DNA of 56,766 nucleotides from contig JAFYUU010000015.1 in assembly GCA_017549445.1 (NCBI GenBank), forward strand, positions 1 through 56,766. The letters run 5' to 3'. Source of the DNA: Alphaproteobacteria bacterium. GTDB lineage: Bacteria; Pseudomonadota; Alphaproteobacteria; Rs-D84. Below, piece by piece: positions 38,786 through 48,461 of the stretch; positions within the stretch are counted from its first letter, which is position 1; each line of letters starts with the position of its first letter. The position numbers were made by a program, and so were the translations under genes. Under the pieces are notes generated by a model. It ran no database searches. It was not told the origin of the DNA and worked only from the letters and a program-made list of their open reading frames with translations.

Positions 38786-40414
38786 TTAATTCAATGGTGC
38801 ACCCCAGTGCTGTTGTATGCTACGTTCTGCATCCATTGGGCTAACCAGTACCTGCGGTGTCAAAATAACCACCAAAACTTCACGTTTAGATGCCGTCTCA
38901 CGTGAACCAGACAGTGCCATAAAGTCCGGATCACCCAAACCATAACGTGTATCATTATTCGTCTGCTTTTCGAAGCCAGACACAACCAACATCTGGCCCG
39001 ATTCCATGATAACTTCTTGCATAAAACTACGTTCTTCCACTTCGGGTAATTGCAGTGTCACTTCCCCAATTGTCTGTGTTGACATCTTCAACAATTCACG
39101 CACGGACATACGGAACAACAACAAGATTCTTCCGTTTTCCAACACATTTGGCAACAACTGCATTGTAAATCCTGTTTCCAAATCGTCTTGATCAACCGTG
39201 CTGGATTCCACCGTTGTAAAGTTTCTGGATTCGAATCGTTTAATATAACCTGTTGTTCTGGTATTGCTGACCGGTGCCACACGATTAGACCGTGTTGTCA
39301 CACCAACATTTGTCACCAACGACACCTTGCCCTGCTTAGCCAACGCCTCAATCAATGCATTACTGCCTGCTGCCGCCGACAAAGAACCATTTCTGATTTG
39401 GTCTGCGGTATACGCCCCTTCGACCTCGACCCCATTTTCCAAATGTGTCGCCCCCGTCAATGCAGACACCGTATTTGACAACACTGCAATATTCATAGAA
39501 CTGGCCTCGGTTGTTGCCAAATTATTCTTTGGATTTGCAACAATATTCAACCCAGTCGTAGAATTTATCGCCGCCGCCAAATTCAACCCAAATGCCGTAT
39601 CATTAGATAGCGAAACCTGCAACACCTTCACGTCAATCGTCACCAACTGTGATAAACGTTTGTTCTGCTTTTCAATATATTCACTGACACGGGCCAAGAT
39701 TGACGGTGGTGCCGTCACAGTTATTGTTCCCAAACTGCGTGACACTGTAAATTCTGCATTATCTGCTTTGCCGATAATAGACGCAATAGTTCCCTCGACC
39801 TCGTCCCATTCTTTTAATGTGGATTCCAACGACACCTGATTTCCATCATCGGTCGCCACCGCCGTTTGATATGAAACATCTGTTCCCAACGCATACAATG
39901 TAAATGTTCTGGTTTCAGTTTCATAGAACACGATTGCATTTTTATCATAATACCACAGCAAATCTAAATCCGTTGCGATTTGCGACAGCAACCCAGACAA
40001 TTTACCAGTATATGCAACATTGACCGTCTTTTTCAATTTATCAGAATTCACCTGACTATCGATACGAACTGGAATCCCAGTCACCGAATAAATATCATTT
40101 GCCAAAACCTGCAAAGACACCGGTTCGTTTAATAATATAGTCACCCCTGTATCTGTTTCGAATTTCCCTGGCAGATTGTTTCTATGTTCCAACACGGTTG
40201 ATTTATTTCCCAACCACACCCCTTCGGACATAGACACTGTATCCCCACTGGCGACCTTGGCCCGTGGATTTTTTGCCATCTCGAATGCGTCATAGGCATT
40301 GATAAAGTCCTGGTCAACCGATGCCGACACCTTGGCAGATTCTTTCTGTGCACATCCTGCGATTACGGCACACATCACTGCACACAATGTAATTTTTTTA
40401 ATCAAGTGTTTCAT
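38786..40414 (-). CDS. Type IVb pilus-type secretin lipoprotein (R64 PilN/BfpB-like)
   Basis: Lipobox IAGC, N domains (YTGKLSGLLSQI, ETRTFTL), ITVTAPPSIL..V..YI, LAKQGKVSLVT, TGFTMQLLP and VIMESGQMLVVSG. Confidence 0.88.
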   Translation of the reverse strand: MKHLIKKITLCAVMCAVIAGCAQKESAKVSASVDQDFINAYDAFEMAKNPRAKVASGDTVSMSEGVWLGNKSTVLEHRNNLPGKFETDTGVTILLNEPVSLQVLANDIYSVTGIPVRIDSQVNSDKLKKTVNVAYTGKLSGLLSQIATDLDLLWYYDKNAIVFYETETRTFTLYALGTDVSYQTAVATDDGNQVSLESTLKEWDEVEGTIASIIGKADNAEFTVSRSLGTITVTAPPSILARVSEYIEKQNKRLSQLVTIDVKVLQVSLSNDTAFGLNLAAAINSTTGLNIVANPKNNLATTEASSMNIAVLSNTVSALTGATHLENGVEVEGAYTADQIRNGSLSAAAGSNALIEALAKQGKVSLVTNVGVTTRSNRVAPVSNTRTTGYIKRFESRNFTTVESSTVDQDDLETGFTMQLLPNVLENGRILLLFRMSVRELLKMSTQTIGEVTLQLPEVEERSFMQEVIMESGQMLVVSGFEKQTNNDTRYGLGDPDFMALSGSRETASKREVLVVILTPQVLVSPMDAERSIQQHWGAPLN

Positions 40415-40458
40415 TTACTTTCTCCTACGGCATCAGTATCTTTTTTTATCAACCAAAA

Positions 40459-41445
40459 TTATTCTTCGGACGTTGAAATCACCAACACACGATTTCCCTT
40501 ATAGAACTTGGCATATGGAATTGGTGTTGCCCGTGAAAAATTACGCACCAAAGCCGAAGCCACATCGACAAAACGTCCCTTGAACACGGCACTGGCTTCA
40601 ATCGGATATTCACGAGAAGTCGCCCAAACCAAATCCCAACCTTCTTTATTGGCCCAGTTCTGCAAAACCTCACGCAGGGTCTGCCCACTGGCCACAACCC
40701 AAGAACGCACCTGATCCTTAATCACGGCAGGTGCCTCGGCATCAGCAGACGCATCAACAGAAATCTCTTCCCCAATCTGTGCCAACAAAGACGTTCCGTC
40801 TTCATCTGCATCCAACTGGGCAAACATTGCCAAACCATCTTTACCCAACTCGGCTGCCTCGCCTTGGGAAATAATTGTTCCATCTGCCGCCATTGTTGTT
40901 TTAATACCTGCACGCATCGCAAATGCCGCATAACCATCTGCATATTCGCCACATGTTTTTCTGGTGCTACGAGATACCGACAATGCCGTCCCACCATCGT
41001 CTTCCAACATTTCACGACTCAACAAAGGCATTTCAGTATTATTTGCACACTCGTTATCAAAACCGGCTGGCACCTGCATACCATGCAACATATTCGCCCC
41101 ACCAGACCAACCATTAAAGTCGCCCCGAACACCACCAACGTTAAAGTTATTTTCTACAACCAAATCAGCACCAATCTTGGACACAATACGGATATTATCC
41201 TGCTGTTTATCCTGACTGCACATACCATCTGCACAACCAACTTCCACATCTGCATCCGTCCCCGCCAATGGCCATGCTGGCACCTCGGGCTGAACAAATT
41301 CTTGTTCAATCTGAACATTTTCGTCAACATCTGTTTCCTGTTCATAGAACACTTCGGACGTGACAACCTGCTGTAATTTTTCATCAGCAAAGCAATAACC
41401 AGCCGCGGTTGCAACCATGGCAAATATCAAAATCTTGCGGAACAT
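40459..41445 (-). CDS. TcpQ-domain periplasmic protein
   Basis: Signal peptide and acidic low-complexity middle. C-terminal WVVASGQTLREVLQNWA..GWDLVW...YPIEA..F.G.F..V is the TcpQ pattern. Confidence 0.75.
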   Translation of the reverse strand: MFRKILIFAMVATAAGYCFADEKLQQVVTSEVFYEQETDVDENVQIEQEFVQPEVPAWPLAGTDADVEVGCADGMCSQDKQQDNIRIVSKIGADLVVENNFNVGGVRGDFNGWSGGANMLHGMQVPAGFDNECANNTEMPLLSREMLEDDGGTALSVSRSTRKTCGEYADGYAAFAMRAGIKTTMAADGTIISQGEAAELGKDGLAMFAQLDADEDGTSLLAQIGEEISVDASADAEAPAVIKDQVRSWVVASGQTLREVLQNWANKEGWDLVWATSREYPIEASAVFKGRFVDVASALVRNFSRATPIPYAKFYKGNRVLVISTSEE

Positions 41446-41630
41446 CAAGGTCTTCCTTTCCTTTTTAACTTATTATTTAGATTTATTATAACAATTTGAC
41501 CGAATCTGTGCAAGACCTAAAAAACAAGGTTCCACCAAACAAATTTTATCGACAAAAAAGATAAAATCGCACGAATCGATAAAAGATGTTATACTGCATA
41601 CGAAAAACACGAACAAATTGGGGTTAAAAA

Positions 41631-42173
41631 ATGGAAAACATATTGATTATTGCACTAATTTCACTGAATTTATTGATTACAATTGCCGGATTCTTCTTTA
41701 TTCACCGCACCCAAGAGCGTATTACAAAAATCAGCAACACCCTGACATTACAGCAAAATCTGATTACTAAAATCCAGACCATATTAAAAACAAAATCTGC
41801 CACCAATGCCGTTGCTGAAAATGCCGAATTGATTTACCAAGACCTGCTACAAAATCTAATTCCGATTATGGCAGGCATCGACGTGATGCCCCGCAACACA
41901 TCAGAACATGCCCTGTGGCGTGCATTGGGCGGAATTATGGACGAATATGCCAAGAACCCATTTGCACTGGAAAAATTACGCAGATGTATTAAACTGGACT
42001 CGGAAATTGCCCGCAACGTTGACAACTATATGCATCGTGCGAACACATTTTTGACCCACCTGAACGAAACCGAACCAGACGGAATTTTGGCCACCACGTT
42101 CACCGATGGTCTGTTGGGTCAATCGATAACATTTTTCAACCAGGCCAAACAACTGGCAACCCAAGACATCTAG
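41631..42173 (+). CDS. Hypothetical membrane-anchored helical protein
   Basis: N-terminal TM followed by a coiled coil. Its stop directly abuts the sufB ATG. Confidence 0.75.
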   Translation: MENILIIALISLNLLITIAGFFFIHRTQERITKISNTLTLQQNLITKIQTILKTKSATNAVAENAELIYQDLLQNLIPIMAGIDVMPRNTSEHALWRALGGIMDEYAKNPFALEKLRRCIKLDSEIARNVDNYMHRANTFLTHLNETEPDGILATTFTDGLLGQSITFFNQAKQLATQDI

Positions 42174-43502
42174 ATGCCCGAATTATCCGACAATCTTATC
42201 CGTGAAATTTCAACCAAACGTGGCGAACCTGATTGGCTGACCAATTGGCGTCTGGACGCATTTCACGCATGGCAAAAAATGTCAGAACCTCACTGGTGCG
42301 AATTTACCTATTCTCCAATTGATTACAGCACGCTGAATTATTACAACGAACCTGCCCCTGTGGACAACTCGGACCTGGAACACCTGTATGACAAAATGGG
42401 CCTGCCAGAATCAGAAAAACGTGCCTTGATGGGTATGGCAACCGACACCGTCGTTGACAGCAAATCCGTCCACACATCTTATACCGCAGAACTGGAAAAA
42501 TTAGGTATAATATTTCTGCCATTTTCGGACGCAGTTATTAAATATCCAGAACTGGTAAAAAAATATCTGGGCACGGTTGTCCCCCCGACCGACAATTTCT
42601 TTTCTGCATTAAATTCAGCAGTTTTTTCTGATGGCACATTTGTCTATATTCCACCCAACACCAAATGCCCCATCGATTTGGCCAGTTATTTCAGAATAGA
42701 AACCGCCAAGATTGGGCAATTTGAACGCACATTGATTGTTGCAGACACGGGTTCCACCTTGACCTATATGGAAGGGTGCAGTGCCCCCCGTCGCCCCAAC
42801 CACCAATTACACAGCGGTGTCGTAGAAATCATCGTCCACGACAATGCAACAGTAAAGTATGCCACCGTCCAAAATTGGTATTCTGGCGAATATAAAAACA
42901 ACCAGAACCAAGGCGGGATCTTAAATTTCGTCACCAAACGTGGCAAATGCCACAACAATGCAAAATTACTCTGGACCCAGGTCGAAGTTGGATCTGCCAT
43001 GACCTGGAAATATCCATCAACAATTTTATCTGGCAACAATTCTTTCAGTGACTTTTACTCACTGGCAATTACCACGGGCGGACAACTGGCCGACACAGGC
43101 ACAAAAATGATACACCTGGGCAACAACAGTGTATCGAATATTGTGTCATACGGAATTGCGACCGACCATTCCAACCAAACATTTCGTTCACTGGTATCCT
43201 TTACAGGCACCGGATGCAAGAACGCATCAAAATGCGACACCACAATTATCGGCACGGATGCGGTGGCCAACACCCTGCCCCGAATTATCCACAACGGCCA
43301 AGACAATCAACAATCGCACGAGGCCACAACCGGCACCATCGATGCATCGCAATTATTTTTCTTGGAATCGCTTGGTCTGGACACAGACACATCCATTGCC
43401 CTGATTATTGGTGCCACAGCAGGTCCAATATTATCACGATTACCAATGGAATTTTTGGTCGAATCAAAACAACTAATTCAAATGGCATTATCAAAGGACT
43501 AA
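42174..43502 (+). CDS. sufB: Fe-S cluster assembly scaffold SufB
   Basis: FSALNSAVFSDGTFVY, GQFERTLI, YMEGCSAP, QLHSGVVE, NFVTKRG, KCDT and SHEAT motifs. Confidence 0.92.
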   Translation: MPELSDNLIREISTKRGEPDWLTNWRLDAFHAWQKMSEPHWCEFTYSPIDYSTLNYYNEPAPVDNSDLEHLYDKMGLPESEKRALMGMATDTVVDSKSVHTSYTAELEKLGIIFLPFSDAVIKYPELVKKYLGTVVPPTDNFFSALNSAVFSDGTFVYIPPNTKCPIDLASYFRIETAKIGQFERTLIVADTGSTLTYMEGCSAPRRPNHQLHSGVVEIIVHDNATVKYATVQNWYSGEYKNNQNQGGILNFVTKRGKCHNNAKLLWTQVEVGSAMTWKYPSTILSGNNSFSDFYSLAITTGGQLADTGTKMIHLGNNSVSNIVSYGIATDHSNQTFRSLVSFTGTGCKNASKCDTTIIGTDAVANTLPRIIHNGQDNQQSHEATTGTIDASQLFFLESLGLDTDTSIALIIGATAGPILSRLPMEFLVESKQLIQMALSKD

Positions 43503-43505
43503 ACA

Positions 43506-44183
43506 ATGCTGGAAATAAAAAACCTTAACGTTTCACTGGACGGCAAAAAATTATTATCAGACATCAACCTGACTGTGCACGATGGCGATCGTCATTTATT
43601 GACGGGCCACAATGGTTCTGGCAAATCAACACTGGTCCAAACAATTGCCGGAAACCCTGCGTATAGCATAGATTCAGGCACCATAATTTTCAACGGCAAA
43701 GACATAACAAAAGAAAACACAACAACCCGTGCATTATTGGGCATATTTCTAGCATCTCAACACGTCCCAGAAATACCGGGTCTAACCGTTCTCAGTTTAT
43801 TAAAACACGCCTGCACGGCCCACACTCATTTCCGCACGGGTCGTGATTTATCAATGGGCGAATTACTGACCCGATTGGAAGAAGTTCGCACAAAATTAAA
43901 TATTCCAAAAGAATGGCTAAACCGCAGTATGAACGTTGGATTTTCTGGTGGCGAACGCAAACGTTTAATGTTGCTGATATTGCAAATGATTGAACCTGAA
44001 TTGGCTATTTTGGACGAGCCCGATTCCGGCACCGACATCCAAACCCAACAATTGATTGCTGACACAATACATAACATGCCAAACACAACCTTTTTATTTA
44101 TTTCGCACCAAACCACATTTACAGACATGATAAAGCCAAACACCACAACAACTTTGTCTTCTGGCCAAGTTGTAATAAAATAA
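43506..44183 (+). CDS. sufC: Fe-S cluster assembly ATPase SufC
   Basis: GHNGSGKST, NVGFSGGERKR and ILDEPDSG motifs. Confidence 0.9.
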   Translation: MLEIKNLNVSLDGKKLLSDINLTVHDGDRHLLTGHNGSGKSTLVQTIAGNPAYSIDSGTIIFNGKDITKENTTTRALLGIFLASQHVPEIPGLTVLSLLKHACTAHTHFRTGRDLSMGELLTRLEEVRTKLNIPKEWLNRSMNVGFSGGERKRLMLLILQMIEPELAILDEPDSGTDIQTQQLIADTIHNMPNTTFLFISHQTTFTDMIKPNTTTTLSSGQVVIK

Positions 44184-44207
44184 AAACAATACACAAAGGG
44201 GGAACAA

Positions 44208-45236
44208 ATGAACGGATTACTGCTATTTGTTGGAACGATATTTATACTATGGATTGGCCGTTCAATCTTGATACCATTACTGGTGGCCACATTTGTATGG
44301 TATTTAATAAACGCAATTGCGGATTATTTCCACTTGATATTTCCACGCACCGCATCCAAGACACGGGATTTTTTCTATAACGCAATATCATTATCGTTTG
44401 CATTTCTTTCAATATGTGCCCTTATCTACATATTTGCATCTCAGGTCAAGCCAATGTTCTCGGAACTTATAATTGCACTACCTGCGATTCAACATAAACT
44501 AATTTTGTTTGGCAATTACTTGTCCGACTCAATCGGTCTGCACTTTGATGCCAATATGATTCCAAACATAACCAAGATTGCGACCAACATCGGATCATCT
44601 GTTGCAAACTTTGCGACATCTGTCGGCATGATATTTGTGTATATGATATTTATGTTTGTTGAACAAAGCACGTTTAACAAAAAATTCACTGCAATGATAC
44701 CAAACAAGACACGTGCCAAAAAGATACGCTACATAATCGACAGCATTGATAAAAACATGAAAAAGTATCTGTTTATGAAAACAGCCATATCTGGCATCAC
44801 AGGTATTGCGTCCTACATATGGCTACAAATGATTGGGCTTGAATTTGCGGGCGTGTGGGCATTTATAGTATTTATTACCAGTTATATTCCAACAATCGGT
44901 GCAATCGTGGCCTGCTCACTGCCAATATTGTATTCATTTACCGTTGCCCCTGGCTGGGAATTACCATTACTGACGGCTGGCGGTCTGATTGGATTACAGA
45001 TATTGTTCGGCAACATCATGGAACCAAAACTGATGGGAAAAAGTTTAAATCTGTCCACCTTGGCAATTTTAATCAACCTGGTATTCTGGGGAATGATATG
45101 GGGTATCGCAGGAATGTTTTTCAGTGTTCCGATACTGGTTGCAATTTATATTATCACGGCCCAGTTTGATTCCACACGCTGGCTTGCGGTATTGTTATCT
45201 GCGGACGGAAAAATACCAGACAAAAATGACGATTAA
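44208..45236 (+). CDS. AI-2E family transporter
   Basis: Multi-TM protein with YIPTIG, GNIMEPKLMGKSLNLS and WGIAGMFFSVP motifs. Confidence 0.88.
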   Translation: MNGLLLFVGTIFILWIGRSILIPLLVATFVWYLINAIADYFHLIFPRTASKTRDFFYNAISLSFAFLSICALIYIFASQVKPMFSELIIALPAIQHKLILFGNYLSDSIGLHFDANMIPNITKIATNIGSSVANFATSVGMIFVYMIFMFVEQSTFNKKFTAMIPNKTRAKKIRYIIDSIDKNMKKYLFMKTAISGITGIASYIWLQMIGLEFAGVWAFIVFITSYIPTIGAIVACSLPILYSFTVAPGWELPLLTAGGLIGLQILFGNIMEPKLMGKSLNLSTLAILINLVFWGMIWGIAGMFFSVPILVAIYIITAQFDSTRWLAVLLSADGKIPDKNDD

Positions 45237-45244
45237 AAAAATCG

Positions 45245-45284
45245 CTATACGCATAAAAATCGGGCTTTTTACACAGCCCGATTT
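45245..45284 (+). repeat. CTATA-hairpin element, copy 5
   Basis: CTATACGCATAAAAATCGGGCT-TTTTACAC-AGCCCGATTT after the AI-2E stop. Confidence 0.75.
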
Positions 45285-45718
45285 ATTATTGCAATTGCAT
45301 TTTCAAGAATAACCCGTGCGGATTGAGAATCCAATCTTTCTTTTATATCACGCACCCTGACCCGCCCCATTTGTTCCTGGGCAGATACAGACGTTAAATT
45401 TTCCTCAACCGTCACAATTGGCAACTGTGTTTTCTGTGATAAATTCTCCAAAAACTCTTTAACATATGCCGTGGTCTGGCTTTCCTTTCCATCTGGATAC
45501 AACGGCAGCCCAACAACGATTCCGACCACCTTCTCTTGCTGTGCAATATCGGCTACAACCTGTGCATGTTCCATTTTTTGTCCAATCACAACAACGGGTC
45601 TGACAAAGACAAAGCCACGCGTTTCATCAGACACCGCAATACCAATACGCCGTGCCCCCCAGTCAACACCAATTATGCGTCCCACACGTGGAAAACCCTT
45701 GAAATCTGGCAAAATCAT
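45269..45718 (-). CDS. ruvX: Holliday junction resolvase-like protein RuvX/YqgF
   Basis: IIGVDWGARRIGIAVSD, VVGLP, VEENLTS and LDSQSA motifs. Confidence 0.9.
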   Translation of the reverse strand: MILPDFKGFPRVGRIIGVDWGARRIGIAVSDETRGFVFVRPVVVIGQKMEHAQVVADIAQQEKVVGIVVGLPLYPDGKESQTTAYVKEFLENLSQKTQLPIVTVEENLTSVSAQEQMGRVRVRDIKERLDSQSARVILENAIAIINRAV

Positions 45719-45756
45719 TGTATAATTCCTTTATCTTCTAAATAATAGGATTGAAA

Positions 45757-46053
45757 ATGGCATTTAGCAAGCAACAATTACAAAAATTCGCAGATTTGAT
45801 TAAGATTGAAATACCGGATGAAAAACTGGCCGAAATGAACATTGACTCGGTTATTGAATGGCTGGATAAATTACAGCAAATTGACACCACGGGCATCGAA
45901 CCAATGTTAAACCCGTGCGAACATAAATTACCCGTACGCCAAGACATCGTCACCAGTCCAAACATCCGTGATTTAGTTTTGGCAAACACACCTGACAACG
46001 CAGGCACATCACGTGGATACTTCGCAGTGCCCAAGGTTATGGACGGTGAATAA
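45757..46053 (+). CDS. gatC: Asp/Glu-tRNA amidotransferase subunit C
   Basis: IDTTGIEP, RQDIV and GYFAVPKV motifs, divergent from ruvX. Confidence 0.88.
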   Translation: MAFSKQQLQKFADLIKIEIPDEKLAEMNIDSVIEWLDKLQQIDTTGIEPMLNPCEHKLPVRQDIVTSPNIRDLVLANTPDNAGTSRGYFAVPKVMDGE

Positions 46054-46066
46054 AAAAATTACAACA

Positions 46067-46360
46067 ATGGATTTACCAACAATGCAACGCACCATATCAA
46101 AACAACTTGCGATTACGTATCTGGACTCTCGGTTGAACAAGTGTGATTCTGCCATTGCAACTATGCAGTTAGAATCATATTACACAACCGACGAACCGCC
46201 ACTAAAAGTCGGCGTGATAAATCCAGTCACCCGTAAATACGCATACAATACAGGCGACACTGTAAATGTAGAACCCAAAATTGTATTAAGCAATACATGC
46301 ATGCTGACAAATATTATTCACAGCAATCAATTGGCCAAATTCATCGAACAACAGAGATAA
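46067..46360 (+). CDS. Hypothetical protein inserted between gatC and gatA
   Basis: Fills the gap in frame, has GDTVNV and ends FIEQQR. Start uncertain (GTG 46046 possible). Confidence 0.65.
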   Translation: MDLPTMQRTISKQLAITYLDSRLNKCDSAIATMQLESYYTTDEPPLKVGVINPVTRKYAYNTGDTVNVEPKIVLSNTCMLTNIIHSNQLAKFIEQQR

Positions 46361-46364
46361 GAAA

Positions 46365-46796
46365 ATGTCTAAAACAAAACCATTGATTGCCGTAAATTTT
46401 GTGGAATATATCCCATACGAAAGTATCCCAAACCACATAAAGACATTGGGATACATATCTGATGCAGACGCACAAAAACTGATGGATACATTTAACACAT
46501 CTGATGTTGCACCAGACGCATGCATAAAAACGTTAAGTATGGAATTAAATGACAAAGTAAGTTATGGAAAAATGCCTGGCTTTGGTGTGCGTTATCGTTC
46601 ATTGGACATTGATGGATTATTTTATTATGACACAACACCCCAATGTGCTGACACAGCCCGCAAACAAGAATGGAACGACGCCAAGAAACTGAAATGTTGT
46701 GCACGCAATCTACGCACAGGCAAATGTCGTGACGAATTTATAAAAAACACACTGGGTGCAATTTTGTTCCCACAACACTATGGAAAGCAAAAATGA
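46365..46796 (+). CDS. Hypothetical protein inserted between gatC and gatA
   Basis: 143 aa with CCARNLRTGKC, ending HYGKQK. Stop overlaps the gatA start (ATGA). Confidence 0.75.
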   Translation: MSKTKPLIAVNFVEYIPYESIPNHIKTLGYISDADAQKLMDTFNTSDVAPDACIKTLSMELNDKVSYGKMPGFGVRYRSLDIDGLFYYDTTPQCADTARKQEWNDAKKLKCCARNLRTGKCRDEFIKNTLGAILFPQHYGKQK

Positions 46797-48259
46797 TAAA
46801 CCTGACTATTACCGAAGCATTAGAAAAATTAAACAATCGTGAAATCAGTGCTGTTGAACTGACACAGTGCTATCTGGACAGAATTGAAAAATTTGGTGCG
46901 GATCTGAATTGTTATATCACGACCACACCCGAACGTGCAATGGCCGATGCGGCCGCATCTGATGCCCGTCGTGCATCTGGCGATGCCCTGCCCTTGGACG
47001 GAATTCCAATTGCGATGAAGGACTTATTTGCCACGCGTTCTATCCGTACAACAGCTGCATCACGTATGCTGGAAAACTTTGTCCCAGAATATGAGTCCAC
47101 CGTTTCACAAAAATTTATTGATGCCGGCACTGTTCTATTGGGCAAGGCCAACCTGGACGAATTCGCAATGGGCACATTCAGCAAGACCAGTTTTTTTGGT
47201 GCCCCTATCAATCCATGGCAAATTGAAAAACGTTTAACTGCGGGTGGTTCTTCGGGTGGTTCAACATCTGCCGTGGCAGGCGGTCTGGCAATGGGTGCCA
47301 CCGGCACAGACACCGGCGGTTCAATTCGCTTTCCATCTGCAATCACGGGTCTGGTCGGAATGAAGCCAACATACGGTCTGTGTTCACGTTGGGGTTGCGT
47401 TGCATTTGCATCATCTCTGGACACACCAGGGCCAATCGCACGCACGGTTGACGATACAGCATTACTGTTGTCTGCGATGGCGGGTCACGACGAGAAAGAT
47501 TCAACCAGCAGCACAAATGGATTTACCTACAACGGCCCACTGGATTCAATCCTGGGTGAAGGAAAAAAATTGCGTGTTGGCGTAATCAAAGAATTCAGCG
47601 ATGTCAAAATCTCGGACGATATGAAATCTTTATTTGACAAACGCATTGCCGACCTAAAATCCATGGGTGCAGAAATTATCGAAATATCTATTCCAAACAT
47701 TCTGGACGCATTGGCTGCATACTACATCATTGCCCCTGCCGAGGCCTCGTCAAACCTGGCCCGCTATGACGGTATGCGTTATGGTCTGCGTGTCGAAGGC
47801 AACGATATTTATGACACATTCAAGAAATCACGTGCCGCCGGCTTTGGAGACGAGGTTAAACGCCGTATGATTGTCGGCACCGCCGTGCTCAGCAGTGAAT
47901 CCTACGATGTATATTTCATGCAGGCCGCCCGTGTTCGTCGTCTGATTGCGAACGGGTTTGATTCTGCATTTTCCCAATGTGACCTAATCGTATGCCCGTC
48001 CAGTGCCGGCACCGCAATGCCATTGGACGCAGGATTATCACCATTGGAATTTTACGCACTGGATTTATTTACGGTTGCAATGAATCTGGCTGGTGTTCCT
48101 GCATGCAGTGTTCCATGTGGTCTGGCCTCAAATGGTCTGCCATTGGGAATACAGGTTGTTGGCCGTCGCTTTGATGACATGCGTGTTCTGCAATTGGCGA
48201 AACACATTGAAAGTGTCGCAAACGTTGACAACCGCCCAACTGTAATTATGGGGAAATAA
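46793..48259 (+). CDS. gatA: Asp/Glu-tRNA amidotransferase subunit A
   Basis: GIPIAMKD, GKANLDEFAMG, GGSSGGS, GTDTGGSIRFP and SSNLARYDG motifs. Confidence 0.96.
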   Translation: MINLTITEALEKLNNREISAVELTQCYLDRIEKFGADLNCYITTTPERAMADAAASDARRASGDALPLDGIPIAMKDLFATRSIRTTAASRMLENFVPEYESTVSQKFIDAGTVLLGKANLDEFAMGTFSKTSFFGAPINPWQIEKRLTAGGSSGGSTSAVAGGLAMGATGTDTGGSIRFPSAITGLVGMKPTYGLCSRWGCVAFASSLDTPGPIARTVDDTALLLSAMAGHDEKDSTSSTNGFTYNGPLDSILGEGKKLRVGVIKEFSDVKISDDMKSLFDKRIADLKSMGAEIIEISIPNILDALAAYYIIAPAEASSNLARYDGMRYGLRVEGNDIYDTFKKSRAAGFGDEVKRRMIVGTAVLSSESYDVYFMQAARVRRLIANGFDSAFSQCDLIVCPSSAGTAMPLDAGLSPLEFYALDLFTVAMNLAGVPACSVPCGLASNGLPLGIQVVGRRFDDMRVLQLAKHIESVANVDNRPTVIMGK

Positions 48260-48330
48260 AGAAATGATAAAAAACATCATCTTTTTTGGAAATAAAAAAT
48301 CGACCACAACGGTCGAACGAAAGGAGATGA

Positions 48331-48406
48331 TGGTGGCTAGGGACGGAATCGAACCGCCGACACAGGGATTTTCAGTCCCTTGCTCTACCAACTGAGCTAC
48401 CTAGCC
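48331..48406 (-). tRNA. tRNA-Phe(GAA)
   Basis: GGCTAGGTAGCTCAGTTGGTAGAGCAAGGGACTGAAAATCCCTGTGTCGGCGGTTCGATTCCGTCCCTAGCCACCA, 76 nt with encoded CCA. Confidence 0.97.
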
Positions 48407-48461
48407 AACGCGAGGACAATAATAAGATACAAAAAATAAAAAAGCAAGGGAAAAAGACAAA

